DNA of 62,332 nucleotides, the filler included, from Nemertoderma westbladi (taxonomy: Eukaryota; Animalia; Xenacoelomorpha), in the NCBI GenBank assembly GCA_032718475.1. It is 4 parts of 4 records of this genome, joined end to end, with 100 filler letters (N's around TTAATTAATTAA, not from the genome) between each part and the next. Parts side by side here need not be neighbours in the genome. Positions count along the whole stretch, not along the records: positions 20,598 to 37,949 come from JAUCBJ010004163.1; positions 38,050 to 53,262 come from JAUCBJ010005363.1; 2 more parts are not named here. The stretch is one strand, 5' to 3'. Below are positions 25,006 to 39,294 of this stretch, one piece after another. The stretch's first letter is position 1, and every line of letters begins with the position of its first letter. Both the position numbers and the translations under genes were made by a program. The notes under the pieces were generated by a model. That model made no database searches. It was not told the DNA's origin and saw nothing but the letters and a program-made list of their open reading frames with translations.

Positions 25006-25087
25006 CTAATAGGTAATGATAGTAACACGACGTAGCTCAAATACATTATTGCTTCCAACTCAGTATATTTATAAATTAATGTTTCAG

Positions 25088-25276
25088 TTATTTCCACAAT
25101 CAGTTGGATAAGGACTTTGAGAGAATTTGCGAAGATATAGCCGAATGTCGTAAGAAGAGAGACGATGTTGATGCAACCGAAGTGCTACGTTATTGTAAGG
25201 TAGTCCACGCCGAAGTCGCACTAACGGATGTGGTGGCGACGCCGCAAATAGGGGCCAAGAAACGGCCGAGCAAAAG
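25088..25276 (+). CDS. ATAD2: Next ATAD2 exon (post-bromodomain)
   Basis: tttcag| acceptor in phase with the previous exon; translates (S)YFHNQLDKDFERICEDIAECRKKR, matching the ATAD2 LD.DFE..CE.I...RKKR motif. The donor aaaag|gtaaga at 25276 makes the end less certain. Confidence 0.85.
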
Positions 25277-25780
25277 GTAAGACTGGGTGAGATCGGGATA
25301 AGTAGCAAACGCGTTGGCTAAATAATTGTCGATTCCAGGGTCCAACTATCTGGAACAATCTACCTCTTGAGTTCCGTCAAATAAAGTCTAAACCTTTATT
25401 TTCACGAAACCTGAACCTCGTAGAATTGCTTGATAAATCCTGAATACATTATATTTCTTACAGACGATTTTCCCATTATAGTATTTCTTTCCTGTTTATC
25501 AATAGTATTTCTTTCCTGTTTATCAATAGTATTTCTTTCCTGTTTATCAATATTGATTTTTACTTTCTTTTTTTCTTTTTTTAGTATAAGTGCAATTAAC
25601 AATATCTAGCATCTACCATAACAACGTTTTCTACAAGTGCATTTAACATTATCTACAACTCTGCAGCCTTCTGTTCTTCTAAGTAAGCCAAGTATTGCCC
25701 GCACTAGCTATGCTATTTGGGTGCATTTCGCTTAACACTAGCTACTGCTGTATACCTCTGTGTGTACGGTATGTCTTATT

Positions 25781-28700
25781 AAAGTCTTATTGTGTGTGTA
25801 ATGAACTGTGTGTGTATCCAATATGTATAAAGTCTTATTGTGTGTGTAATGAACTGTGTGTGTGTATCCAATATGTATAAAGTCTTATTGTGTGTGTAAT
25901 GAACTGTGTATGTGTATCCAATATGTATAAAGTCTTATTGTGTGTGTAATGAACTGTGTGTGTGTATCCAATATGTATAAAGTCTTATTGTGTGTGTAAT
26001 GAACTGTGGGTGTGTATCTAATATGTATAAAGTCTTATTGTGTGTGTAATGAACTGTGTGTGTGTAACCAATATGTATAAAGTCTTATTGTGTGTGTAAT
26101 GAACTGTGTGTGTGTAACCAATATGTATAAAGTCTTATTGTGTGTGTAATGAACTGTGTGTGTGTATCAAATATGTATAAAGTCTTATTGGGTGTGTAAT
26201 GAACTGGGTGTGTGTAACCAATATGTATAAAGTCTTATTGGGTGTGTAATGAACTGGGTGTGTGTAACCAATATGTATAAAGTCTTATTGTGTGTGTAAT
26301 GAACTGTGTGTGTGTAACCAATATGTATAAAGTCTTATTGTGTGTGTAATGAACTGTGTGTGTGTATCAAATATGTATAAAGTCTTATTGGGTGTGTAAT
26401 GAACTGGGTGTGTGTAACCAATATGTATAAAGTCTTATTGGGTGTGTAATGAACTGGGTGTGTGTAACCAATATGTATAAAGTCTTATTGTGTGTGTAAT
26501 GAACTGTGTGTGTGTAACCAATATGTATAAAGTCTTATTGTGTGTGTAATGAACTGTGTGTGTGTAACCAATATGTATAAAGTCTTATTGTGTGTGTAAT
26601 GAACTGTGTGTGTGTAACCAATATGTATAAAGTCGTATTGTGTGTGTAATGAACTGTGTGTGTGTAACCAATATGTATAAAGTCTTATTGGGTGTGTAAT
26701 GAACTGGGTGTGTGTAACCAATATGTATAAAGTCTTATTGTGTGTGTAATGAACTGTGTGTGTGTAACCAATATGTATAAAGTCTTATTGGGTGTGTAAT
26801 GAACTGGGTGTGTGTAACCAATATGTATAAAGTCTTATTGTGTGTGTAATGAACTGTGTGTGTGTAACCAATATGTATAAAGTCTTATTGTGTGTGTAAT
26901 GAACTGTGTGTGTGTAACCAATATGTATAAAGTCTTATTGTGTGTGTAATGAACTGTGTGTGTGTATCCAATATGTATAAAGTCTTATTGGGTGTGTAAT
27001 GAACTGTGTGTGTGTAACCAATATGTATAAAGTCTTATTGGGTGTGTAATGAACTGGGTGTGTGTAACCAATATGTATAAAGTCTTATTGTGTGTGTAAT
27101 GAACTGTGTGTGTGTAACCAATATGTATAAAGTCTTATTGTGTGTGTAATGAACTGTGTGTGTGTATCCAATATGTATAAAGTCTTATTGGGTGTGTAAT
27201 GAACTGTGTGTGTGTATCCAATATGTATAAAGTCTTATTGTGTGTGTAATGAACTGTGTGTGTGTAACCAATATGTATAAAGTCTTATTGTGTGTGTAAT
27301 GAACTGTGTGTGTGTATCCAATATGTATAAAGTCTTATTGGGTGTGTAATGAACTGTGTGTGTGTAACCAATATGTATAAAGTCTTATTGTGTGTGTAAT
27401 GAACTGTGTGTGTGTATCCAATATGTATAAAGTCTTATTGGGTGTGTAATGAACTGTGTGTGTGTATCCAATATGTATAAAGTCTTATTGTGTGTGTAAT
27501 GAACTGTGTGTGTGTATCCAATATGTATAAAGTCTTATTGTGTGTGTAATGAACTGTGTGTGTGTAACCAATATGTATAAAGTCTTATTGTGTGTGTAAT
27601 GAACTGTGTGTGTGTAACCAATATGTATAAAGTCTTATTGGGTGTGTAATGAACTGGGTGTGTGTAACCAATATGTATAAAGTCTTATTGTGTGTGTAAT
27701 GAACTGTGTGTGTGTAACCAATATGTATAAAGTCGTATTGTGTGTGTAATGAACTGTGTGTGTGTAACCAATATGTATAAAGTCTTATTGGGTGTGTAAT
27801 GAACTGTGTGTGTGTAACCAATATGTATAAAGTCTTATTGTGTGTGTAATGAACTGTGTGTGTGTATCCAATATGTATAAAGTCTTATTGTGTGTGTAAT
27901 GAACTGTGTGTGTGTATCCAATATGTATAAAGTCTTATTGTGTGTGTAATGAACTGTGTGTGTGTAACCAATATGTATAAAGTCTTATTGTGTGTGTAAT
28001 GAACTGTGGGTGTGTAACCAATATGTATAAAGTCTTATTGTGTTGGGTAATGAACTGGGTGTGTGTAACCAATATGTATAAAGTCTTATTGTGTGTGTAA
28101 TGAACTGTGTGTGTGTATCCAATATGTATAAAGTCTTATTGTGTGTGTAATGAACTGTGTGTGTGTATCCAATATGTATAAAGTCTTATTGGGTGTGTAA
28201 TGAACTGTGTGTGTGTATCCAATATGTATAAAGTCTTATTGTGTGTGTAATGAACTGTGTGTGTGTAACCAATATGTATAAAGTCTTATTGTGTGTGTAA
28301 TGAACTGTGTGTGTGTAACCAATATGTATAAAGTCTTATTGTGTGTGTAATGAACTGTGTGTGTGTAACCAATATGTATAACGTCTTATTGTGTGTGTAA
28401 TGAACTGGGTGTGTGTATCCAATATGTATAAAGTCTTATTGGGTGTGTAATGAACTGTGTGTGTGTAACCAATATGTATAACGTCTTATTGTGTGTGTAA
28501 TGAACTGTGTGTGTGTATCCAATATGTATAAAGTCTTATTGGGTGTGTAATGAACTGTGTGTGTGTAACCAATATGTATAACGTCTTATTGTGTGTGTAA
28601 TGAACTGTGTGTGTGTATCCAATATGTATAAAGTCTTATTGTGTGTGTAATGAACTGTGTGTGTGTAACCAATATGTATAAAGTCTTATTGTGTGTGTAA

Positions 28701-31700
28701 TGAACTGTGTGTGTGTAACCAATATGTATAAAGTCTTATTGTGTGTGTAATGAACTGTGTGTGTGTAACCAATATGTATAAAGTCTTATTGGGTGTGTAA
28801 TGAACTGTGTGTGTGTAACCAATATGTATAACGTCTTATTGTGTGTGTAATGAACTGTGTGTGTGTATCCAATATGTATAAAGTCTTATTGTGTGTGTAA
28901 TGAACTGTGTGTGTGTATCCAATATGTATAAAGTCTTATTGGGTGTGTAATGAACTGTGTGTGTGTAACCAATATGTATAACGTCTTATTGTGTGTGTAA
29001 TGAACTGTGTGTGTGTATCCAATATGTATAAAGTCTTATTGTGTGTGTAATGAACTGTGTGTGTGTATCCAATATGTATAAAGTCTTATTGGGTGTGTAA
29101 TGAACTGTGTGTGTGTATCCAATATGTATAAAGTCTTATTGTGTGTGTAATGAACTGTGTGTGTGTATCCAATATGTATAAAGTCTTATTGGGTGTGTAA
29201 TGAACTGTGTGTGTGTATCCAATATGTATAAAGTCTTATTGGGTGTGTAATGAACTGTGTGTGTGTAACCAATATGTATAACGTCTTATTGTGTGTGTAA
29301 TGAACTGGGTGTGTGTATCCAATATGTATAAAGTCTTATTGGGTGTGTAATGAACTGTGTGTGTGTAACCAATATGTATAACGTCTTATTGTGTGTGTAA
29401 TGAACTGTGTGTGTGTATCCAATATGTATAAAGTCTTATTGTGTGTGTAATGAACTGTGTGTGTGTAACCAATATGTATAAAGTCTTATTGTGTTGGGTA
29501 ATGAACTGTGTGTGTGTATCCAATATGTATAAAGTCTTATTGTGTGTGTAATGAACTGTGTGTGTGTAACCAATATGTATAAAGTCTTATTGTGTGTGTA
29601 ATGAACTGTGTGTGTGTATCCAATATGTATAAAGTCTTATTGGGTGTGTAATGAACTGTGTGTGTGTAACCAATATGTATAAAGTCTTATTGTGTGTGTG
29701 TAATGAACTGTGTGTGTGTATCAAATATGTATAAAGTCTTATTGTGTGTGTAATGAACTGTGTGTGTGTAACCAATATGTATAAAGTCTTATTGTGTGTG
29801 TAATGAACTGTGTGTGTCTAATGAACTGTGTGTGTGTAATGAACTGTGTGTGTCTAATGAACTGTGTGTGTGTAATGAACTGTGTGTGTGTATCCAATAT
29901 GTATAAAGTCTTATTGTGTGTGTAATGAACTGTGTGTGTGTATCCAATATGTATAAAGTCTTATTGTGTGTCTAATGAACTGTGTGTGTGTATCCAATAT
30001 GTATACAGTCTTATTGTGTGTGTAATGAACTGTGTGTGTGTAACCAATATGTATAAAGTCTTATTGTGTTGGGTAATGAACTGTGTGTGTGTAACCAATA
30101 TGTATAAAGTCTTATTGTGTTGGGTAATGAACTGTGTGTGTGTAACCAATATGTATAAAGTTTTATTGTGTGTGTAATGAACTGTGTGTGTGTAACCAAT
30201 ATGTATAAAGTCTTATTGTGTGTGTAATGAACTGTGTGTGTCTAATGAACTGTGTGTGTGTAATGAACTGTGTGTGTCTAATGAACTGTGTGTGTGTAAT
30301 GAACTGTGTGTGTGTATCCAATATGTATAAAGTCTTATTGTGTGTGTAATGAACTGTGTGTGTGTATCCAATATGTATAAAGTCTTATTGTGTGTCTAAT
30401 GAACTGTGTGTGTGTATCCAATATGTATACAGTCTTATTGTGTGTGTAATGAACTGTGTGTGTGTAACCAATATGTATAAAGTCTTATTGTGTTGGGTAA
30501 TGAACTGTGTGTGTGTATCCAATATGTATAAAGTCTTATTGTGTGTGTAATGAACTGTGTGTGTGTAACCAATATGTATACAGTCTTATTGTGTGTGTAA
30601 TGAACTGTGTGTGTGTAACCAATATGTATAAAGTCTTATTGTGTGTGTAATGAACTGTGTACGTGTGTATCCAATATGTATAAAGTCTTATTGTGTGTGT
30701 AATGAACTGTGTGTGTGTGTATCCAATATGTATAAAGTCTTATTGTGTGTGTAATGAACTGTGTGTGTGTAACCAATATGTATAAAGTCTTATTGTGTGT
30801 GTAATGAACTGTGGGTGTGTATCTAATATGTATAAAGTCTGATTGTGTGTGTAATGAACTGTGTGTGTGTAACCAATATGTATAAAGTCTTATTGTGTGT
30901 GTAATGAACTGGGTGTGTGTAACCAATATGTATAAAGTCTTATTGTGTGTGTAATGAACTGTGTGTGTGTAACCAATATGTATAAAGTCTTATTGTGTGT
31001 GTAATGAACTGTGTGTGTGTAACCAATATGTATAAAGTCTTATTGTGTTGGGTAATGAACTGTGTGTGTGTAACCAATATGTATAAAGTCTTATTGTGTG
31101 TGTAATGAACTGTGTGTGTGTAACCAATATGTATAAAGTCTTATTGTGTGTGTAATGAACTGTGTGTGTGTAACCAATATGTATAAAGTCTTATTGTGTT
31201 GGGTAATGAACTGTGTGTGTGTAACCAATATGTATAAAGTCTTATTGTGTGTGTAATGAACTGTGTGTGTAACCAATATGTATAAAGTCTTATTGTGTGT
31301 GTAATGAACTGTGTGTGTGTAACCAATATGTATAAAGTCTTATTGTGTTGGGTAATGAACTGGGTGTGTGTATCCAATATGTATAAAGTCTTATTGTGTT
31401 GGATAATGAACTGGGTGTGTGTATCCAATATGTATAAAGTCTTATTGTGTGTGTAATGAACTGTGTGTGTGTAACCAATATGTATAAAGTCTTATTGTGT
31501 GTGTAATGAACTGTGTGTGTGTATCCAATATGTATAAAGTCTTATTGTGTGTGTAATGAACTGTGTGTGTGTAACCAATATGTATAAAGTCTTATTGTGT
31601 GTGGTAATGAACTGTGTGTGTGTATCCAATATGTATAAAGTCTTATTGTGTGTGTAATGAACTGTGTGTGTGTAACCAATATGTATAAAGTCTTATTGTG

Positions 31701-34700
31701 TGTGTAATGAACTGTGTGTGTGTAACCAATATGTATAAAGTCTTATTGTGTGTGTAATGAACTGTGTGTGTGTAACCAATATGTATAAAGTCTTATTGTG
31801 TGTGTAATGAACTGTGTGTGTGTATCCAATATGTATAAAGTCTTATTGTGTGTGTAATGAACTGTGTGTGTGTATCCAATATGTATAAAGTCTTATTGTG
31901 TGTGTAATGAACTGTGTGTGTGTATCCAATATGTATAAAGTCTTATTGTGTGTGTAATGAACTGTGTGTGTGTAACCAATATGTATAAAGTCTTATTGTG
32001 TGTGTAATGAACTGTGTGTGTGTAACCAATATGTATAAAGTCTTATTGTGTGTGTAATGAACTGTGTGTGTGTAACCAATATGTATAAAGTCTTATTGTG
32101 TGTGTAATGAACTGTGTGTGTGTAACCAATATGTATAAAGTCTTATTGTGTGTGTAATGAACTGTGTGTGTGTAACCAATATGTATAAAGTCTTATTGTG
32201 TGTGTAATGAACTGTGTGTGTGTAACCAATATGTATAAAGTCTTATTGTGTGTGTAATGAACTGTGTGTGTGTAACCAATATGTATAAAGTCTTATTGTG
32301 TGTGTAATGAACTGTGTGTGTGTAACCAATATGTATAAAGTCTTATTGTGTGTGTAATGAACTGTGTGTGTGTAACCAATATGTATAAAGTCTTATTGTG
32401 TGTGTAATGAACTGTGTGTGTGTAACCAATATGTATAAAGTCTTATTGTGTGTGTAATGAACTGTGTGTGTGTAACCAATATGTATAAAGTCTTATTGTG
32501 TGTGTAATGAACTGTGTGTGTGTAACCAATATGTATAAAGTCTTATTGTGTGTGTAATGAACTGTGTGTGTGTAACCAATATGTATAAAGTCTTATTGTG
32601 TGTGTAATGAACTGTGTGTGTGTAACCAATATGTATAAAGTCTTATTGTGTGTGTAATGAACTGTGTGTGTGTAACCAATATGTATAAAGTCTTATTGTG
32701 TGTGTAATGAACTGTGTGTGTGTAACCAATATGTATAAAGTCTTATTGTGTGTGTAATGAACTGTGTGTGTGTAACCAATATGTATAAAGTCTTATTGTG
32801 TGTGTAATGAACTGTGTGTGTGTAACCAATATGTATAAAGTCTTATTGTGTGTGTAATGAACTGTGTGTGTGTAACCAATATGTATAAAGTCTTATTGTG
32901 TGTGTAATGAACTGTGTGTGTGTAACCAATATGTATAAAGTCTTATTGTGTGTGTAATGAACTGTGTGTGTGTAACCAATATGTATAAAGTCTTATTGTG
33001 TGTGTAATGAACTGTGTGTGTGTAACCAATATGTATAAAGTCTTATTGTGTGTGTAATGAACTGTGTGTGTGTAACCAATATGTATAAAGTCTTATTGTG
33101 TGTGTAATGAACTGTGTGTGTGTAACCAATATGTATAAAGTCTTATTGTGTGTGTAATGAACTGTGTGTGTGTAACCAATATGTATAAAGTCTTATTGTG
33201 TGTGTAATGAACTGTGTGTGTGTAACCAATATGTATAAAGTCTTATTGTGTGTGTAATGAACTGTGTGTGTGTAACCAATATGTATAAAGTCTTATTGTG
33301 TGTGTAATGAACTGTGTGTGTGTAACCAATATGTATAAAGTCTTATTGTGTGTGTAATGAACTGTGTGTGTGTAACCAATATGTATAAAGTCTTATTGTG
33401 TGTGTAATGAACTGTGTGTGTGTAACCAATATGTATAAAGTCTTATTGTGTGTGTAATGAACTGTGTGTGTGTAACCAATATGTATAAAGTCTTATTGTG
33501 TGTGTAATGAACTGTGTGTGTGTAACCAATATGTATAAAGTCTTATTGTGTGTGTAATGAACTGTGTGTGTGTAACCAATATGTATAAAGTCTTATTGTG
33601 TGTGTAATGAACTGTGTGTGTGTAACCAATATGTATAAAGTCTTATTGTGTGTGTAATGAACTGTGTGTGTGTAACCAATATGTATAAAGTCTTATTGTG
33701 TGTGTAATGAACTGTGTGTGTGTAACCAATATGTATAAAGTCTTATTGTGTGTGTAATGAACTGTGTGTGTGTAACCAATATGTATAAAGTCTTATTGTG
33801 TGTGTAATGAACTGTGTGTGTGTAACCAATATGTATAAAGTCTTATTGTGTGTGTAATGAACTGTGTGTGTGTAACCAATATGTATAAAGTCTTATTGTG
33901 TGTGTAATGAACTGTGTGTGTGTAACCAATATGTATAAAGTCTTATTGTGTGTGTAATGAACTGTGTGTGTGTAACCAATATGTATAAAGTCTTATTGTG
34001 TGTGTAATGAACTGTGTGTGTGTAACCAATATGTATAAAGTCTTATTGTGTGTGTAATGAACTGTGTGTGTGTAACCAATATGTATAAAGTCTTATTGTG
34101 TGTGTAATGAACTGTGTGTGTGTAACCAATATGTATAAAGTCTTATTGTGTGTGTAATGAACTGTGTGTGTGTAACCAATATGTATAAAGTCTTATTGTG
34201 TGTGTAATGAACTGTGTGTGTGTAACCAATATGTATAAAGTCTTATTGTGTGTGTAATGAACTGTGTGTGTGTAACCAATATGTATAAAGTCTTATTGTG
34301 TGTGTAATGAACTGTGTGTGTGTAACCAATATGTATAAAGTCTTATTGTGTGTGTAATGAACTGTGTGTGTGTAACCAATATGTATAAAGTCTTATTGTG
34401 TGTGTAATGAACTGTGTGTGTGTAACCAATATGTATAAAGTCTTATTGTGTGTGTAATGAACTGTGTGTGTGTAACCAATATGTATAAAGTCTTATTGTG
34501 TGTGTAATGAACTGTGTGTGTGTAACCAATATGTATAAAGTCTTATTGTGTGTGTAATGAACTGTGTGTGTGTAACCAATATGTATAAAGTCTTATTGTG
34601 TGTGTAATGAACTGTGTGTGTGTAACCAATATGTATAAAGTCTTATTGTGTGTGTAATGAACTGTGTGTGTGTAACCAATATGTATAAAGTCTTATTGTG

Positions 34701-37700
34701 TGTGTAATGAACTGTGTGTGTGTAACCAATATGTATAAAGTCTTATTGTGTGTGTAATGAACTGTGTGTGTGTAACCAATATGTATAAAGTCTTATTGTG
34801 TGTGTAATGAACTGTGTGTGTGTAACCAATATGTATAAAGTCTTATTGTGTGTGTAATGAACTGTGTGTGTGTAACCAATATGTATAAAGTCTTATTGTG
34901 TGTGTAATGAACTGTGTGTGTGTAACCAATATGTATAAAGTCTTATTGTGTGTGTAATGAACTGTGTGTGTGTAACCAATATGTATAAAGTCTTATTGTG
35001 TGTGTAATGAACTGTGTGTGTGTAACCAATATGTATAAAGTCTTATTGTGTGTGTAATGAACTGTGTGTGTGTAACCAATATGTATAAAGTCTTATTGTG
35101 TGTGTAATGAACTGTGTGTGTGTAACCAATATGTATAAAGTCTTATTGTGTGTGTAATGAACTGTGTGTGTGTAACCAATATGTATAAAGTCTTATTGTG
35201 TGTGTAATGAACTGTGTGTGTGTAACCAATATGTATAAAGTCTTATTGTGTGTGTAATGAACTGTGTGTGTGTAACCAATATGTATAAAGTCTTATTGTG
35301 TGTGTAATGAACTGTGTGTGTGTAACCAATATGTATAAAGTCTTATTGTGTGTGTAATGAACTGTGTGTGTGTAACCAATATGTATAAAGTCTTATTGTG
35401 TGTGTAATGAACTGTGTGTGTGTAACCAATATGTATAAAGTCTTATTGTGTGTGTAATGAACTGTGTGTGTGTAACCAATATGTATAAAGTCTTATTGTG
35501 TGTGTAATGAACTGTGTGTGTGTAACCAATATGTATAAAGTCTTATTGTGTGTGTAATGAACTGTGTGTGTGTAACCAATATGTATAAAGTCTTATTGTG
35601 TGTGTAATGAACTGTGTGTGTGTAACCAATATGTATAAAGTCTTATTGTGTGTGTAATGAACTGTGTGTGTGTAACCAATATGTATAAAGTCTTATTGTG
35701 TGTGTAATGAACTGTGTGTGTGTAACCAATATGTATAAAGTCTTATTGTGTGTGTAATGAACTGTGTGTGTGTAACCAATATGTATAAAGTCTTATTGTG
35801 TGTGTAATGAACTGTGTGTGTGTAACCAATATGTATAAAGTCTTATTGTGTGTGTAATGAACTGTGTGTGTGTAACCAATATGTATAAAGTCTTATTGTG
35901 TGTGTAATGAACTGTGTGTGTGTAACCAATATGTATAAAGTCTTATTGTGTGTGTAATGAACTGTGTGTGTGTAACCAATATGTATAAAGTCTTATTGTG
36001 TGTGTAATGAACTGTGTGTGTGTAACCAATATGTATAAAGTCTTATTGTGTGTGTAATGAACTGTGTGTGTGTAACCAATATGTATAAAGTCTTATTGTG
36101 TGTGTAATGAACTGTGTGTGTGTAACCAATATGTATAAAGTCTTATTGTGTGTGTAATGAACTGTGTGTGTGTAACCAATATGTATAAAGTCTTATTGTG
36201 TGTGTAATGAACTGTGTGTGTGTAACCAATATGTATAAAGTCTTATTGTGTGTGTAATGAACTGTGTGTGTGTAACCAATATGTATAAAGTCTTATTGTG
36301 TGTGTAATGAACTGTGTGTGTGTAACCAATATGTATAAAGTCTTATTGTGTGTGTAATGAACTGTGTGTGTGTAACCAATATGTATAAAGTCTTATTGTG
36401 TGTGTAATGAACTGTGTGTGTGTAACCAATATGTATAAAGTCTTATTGTGTGTGTAATGAACTGTGTGTGTGTAACCAATATGTATAAAGTCTTATTGTG
36501 TGTGTAATGAACTGTGTGTGTGTAACCAATATGTATAAAGTCTTATTGTGTGTGTAATGAACTGTGTGTGTGTAACCAATATGTATAAAGTCTTATTGTG
36601 TGTGTAATGAACTGTGTGTGTGTAACCAATATGTATAAAGTCTTATTGTGTGTGTAATGAACTGTGTGTGTGTAACCAATATGTATAAAGTCTTATTGTG
36701 TGTGTAATGAACTGTGTGTGTGTAACCAATATGTATAAAGTCTTATTGTGTGTGTAATGAACTGTGTGTGTGTAACCAATATGTATAAAGTCTTATTGTG
36801 TGTGTAATGAACTGTGTGTGTGTAACCAATATGTATAAAGTCTTATTGTGTGTGTAATGAACTGTGTGTGTGTAACCAATATGTATAAAGTCTTATTGTG
36901 TGTGTAATGAACTGTGTGTGTGTAACCAATATGTATAAAGTCTTATTGTGTGTGTAATGAACTGTGTGTGTGTAACCAATATGTATAAAGTCTTATTGTG
37001 TGTGTAATGAACTGTGTGTGTGTAACCAATATGTATAAAGTCTTATTGTGTGTGTAATGAACTGTGTGTGTGTAACCAATATGTATAAAGTCTTATTGTG
37101 TGTGTAATGAACTGTGTGTGTGTAACCAATATGTATAAAGTCTTATTGTGTGTGTAATGAACTGTGTGTGTGTAACCAATATGTATAAAGTCTTATTGTG
37201 TGTGTAATGAACTGTGTGTGTGTAACCAATATGTATAAAGTCTTATTGTGTGTGTAATGAACTGTGTGTGTGTAACCAATATGTATAAAGTCTTATTGTG
37301 TGTGTAATGAACTGTGTGTGTGTAACCAATATGTATAAAGTCTTATTGTGTGTGTAATGAACTGTGTGTGTGTAACCAATATGTATAAAGTCTTATTGTG
37401 TGTGTAATGAACTGTGTGTGTGTAACCAATATGTATAAAGTCTTATTGTGTGTGTAATGAACTGTGTGTGTGTAACCAATATGTATAAAGTCTTATTGTG
37501 TGTGTAATGAACTGTGTGTGTGTAACCAATATGTATAAAGTCTTATTGTGTGTGTAATGAACTGTGTGTGTGTAACCAATATGTATAAAGTCTTATTGTG
37601 TGTGTAATGAACTGTGTGTGTGTAACCAATATGTATAAAGTCTTATTGTGTGTGTAATGAACTGTGTGTGTGTAACCAATATGTATAAAGTCTTATTGTG

Positions 37701-37949
37701 TGTGTAATGAACTGTGTGTGTGTAACCAATATGTATAAAGTCTTATTGTGTGTGTAATGAACTGTGTGTGTGTAACCAATATGTATAAAGTCTTATTGTG
37801 TGTGTAATGAACTGTGTGTGTGTAACCAATATGTATAAAGTCTTATTGTGTGTGTAATGAACTGTGTGTGTGTAACCAATATGTATAAAGTCTTATTGTG
37901 TGTGTAATGAACTGTGTGTGTGTAACCAATATGTATAAAGTCTTATTGT
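25781..37949. repeat. 50-bp satellite array, >12 kb (~240 copies), running to the contig end
   Basis: Unit aaagtcttattgtgtgtgtaatgaactgtgtgtgtgtaaccaatatgtat. Variants occur in the left half; the array appears invariant from ~31950. Confidence 0.99.
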
Positions 37950-38049
37950 NNNNNNNNNNNNNNNNNNNNNNNNNNNNNNNNNNNNNNNNNNNNTTAATTA
38001 ATTAANNNNNNNNNNNNNNNNNNNNNNNNNNNNNNNNNNNNNNNNNNNN
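37950..38049. other. Artificial contig linker
   Basis: N44-TTAATTAATTAA-N44. Confidence 0.98.
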
Positions 38050-39294
38050 TACCTCTGCCGCCTTTGCCTTGGCCGCTGCCGCCTTTCTTTCTGCTTCTGC
38101 AGCTACCACTGCTGCTTTCTTTCTGTCTTCTATGCGTTTTTTCTTTACTTGCTCTTCTTGGACTCGTGTCAGGCGGAGTTGTTCATCAAATTTGGCCTGA
38201 TTCGCAGCCCTCATTTCCACATCGATGGCATCCAACACAAGCTTGGTTCCTTCACTATTAGGGCTAAGTCCCTCTAACCTTCTCCTCAACTCGTCATCAC
38301 CTAAAAAACGTTGATAGTCTGACAGATAGATGTCAATGGCATCCCTCTTATGCGGTTTCTCTGCCGTCGCTTCACTTTCCACTTGGGAAAAAGTAGCGTC
38401 TGTTGATTCTCCATGGGTTGATCGCTCCTCCAGCTGAGCTTTCCACTGAGCTGTTCCTTGAACCTGGAGATTCACCCTTTGAAACCAAGTCTTTACGGCG
38501 ACTTGCAACGACGTGTCTTGTCTTCGTTTAGAAGCCTCCTCAAAGGCTGATAAGATGAGCCTGATTCGTAGAATTCTTTTTCTAACTTGATAAAGCAGCA
38601 ATCCCTGCTCTTGAGGTCCTTGAGGTTTATGAAACAGTTGTTCTTTTAATCGCTCTATAGAGCTGAAGAATCCCTGTGCGTATCCGGCTGCGGACCTCTT
38701 CCACACAGCTGGATCGATGGTTTCCTTGGCTACTCCCATCCGGTGTATGTCTTCCCAGGCAGCTTCTGATAAATCAAACGGGAGTCCGGGTCCGGGGAAG
38801 TTCCATTGCGACTCGACAATAGACTTCAGTTCTTCACTCGTGTATCCCGCATAACTATCTCTAGTTGAACGCTGGCTTCTCGCCCAATCGATCTGGTGTT
38901 CTTCCACAGCGATCAATAACCTAGTGAGTACGGCTGCAGGAAGGATGAGAAGGGGATCCGTATAAACCGCATCCGTCATCTCTGCTCCGCGCTCGGGTGT
39001 CAGCTCTACAGTATCCTCACTACTGGAGCTGCTGGGCCGCTGAGGAATAAGTTCTTGACTAGCGGGTTGTTGCTGTTCCGCTGCTTCTTGGTCCCGCTTG
39101 ACCTGAGCTCGGGTGCCTATGATAGACCTACGATGTTGAACTAGCCTAGGTTCTGTTATTACTACTGGAGGGATGACCTTCCTCACAGTGGGAGGTGAAC
39201 TGGATTTACGACCAGACGGTTGTACGTCTCTATCTGAGTCGCAGATAGTTACATCTAATAAACTGTCTGACAGGTTCTGCTTAGTATCAGACAT
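38050..39294 (-). CDS. Intronless ORF of unknown function (>415 aa, 3'-truncated), disordered N-terminus and coiled-coil C-part; probably first ORF of a large LTR element
   Basis: Long open frame from ATG 39294 to the contig edge, GC-richer than its flank. No recognisable motif. Confidence 0.6.

Noticed and set aside
23403-25097. Long repetitive ORFs (564, 465, 274 and 246 aa)
   Set aside because: By-products of a 30/33-bp repeat lacking stops in some frames; the region is an ATAD2 intron.
25695-31478. Many short His/Thr- or Cys/Val-rich ORFs
   Set aside because: Translations of the 50-bp satellite.
395-37949. Repeat arrays as possible CRISPR arrays
   Set aside because: Head-to-tail units with no unique spacers, no cas genes, and a eukaryotic context.
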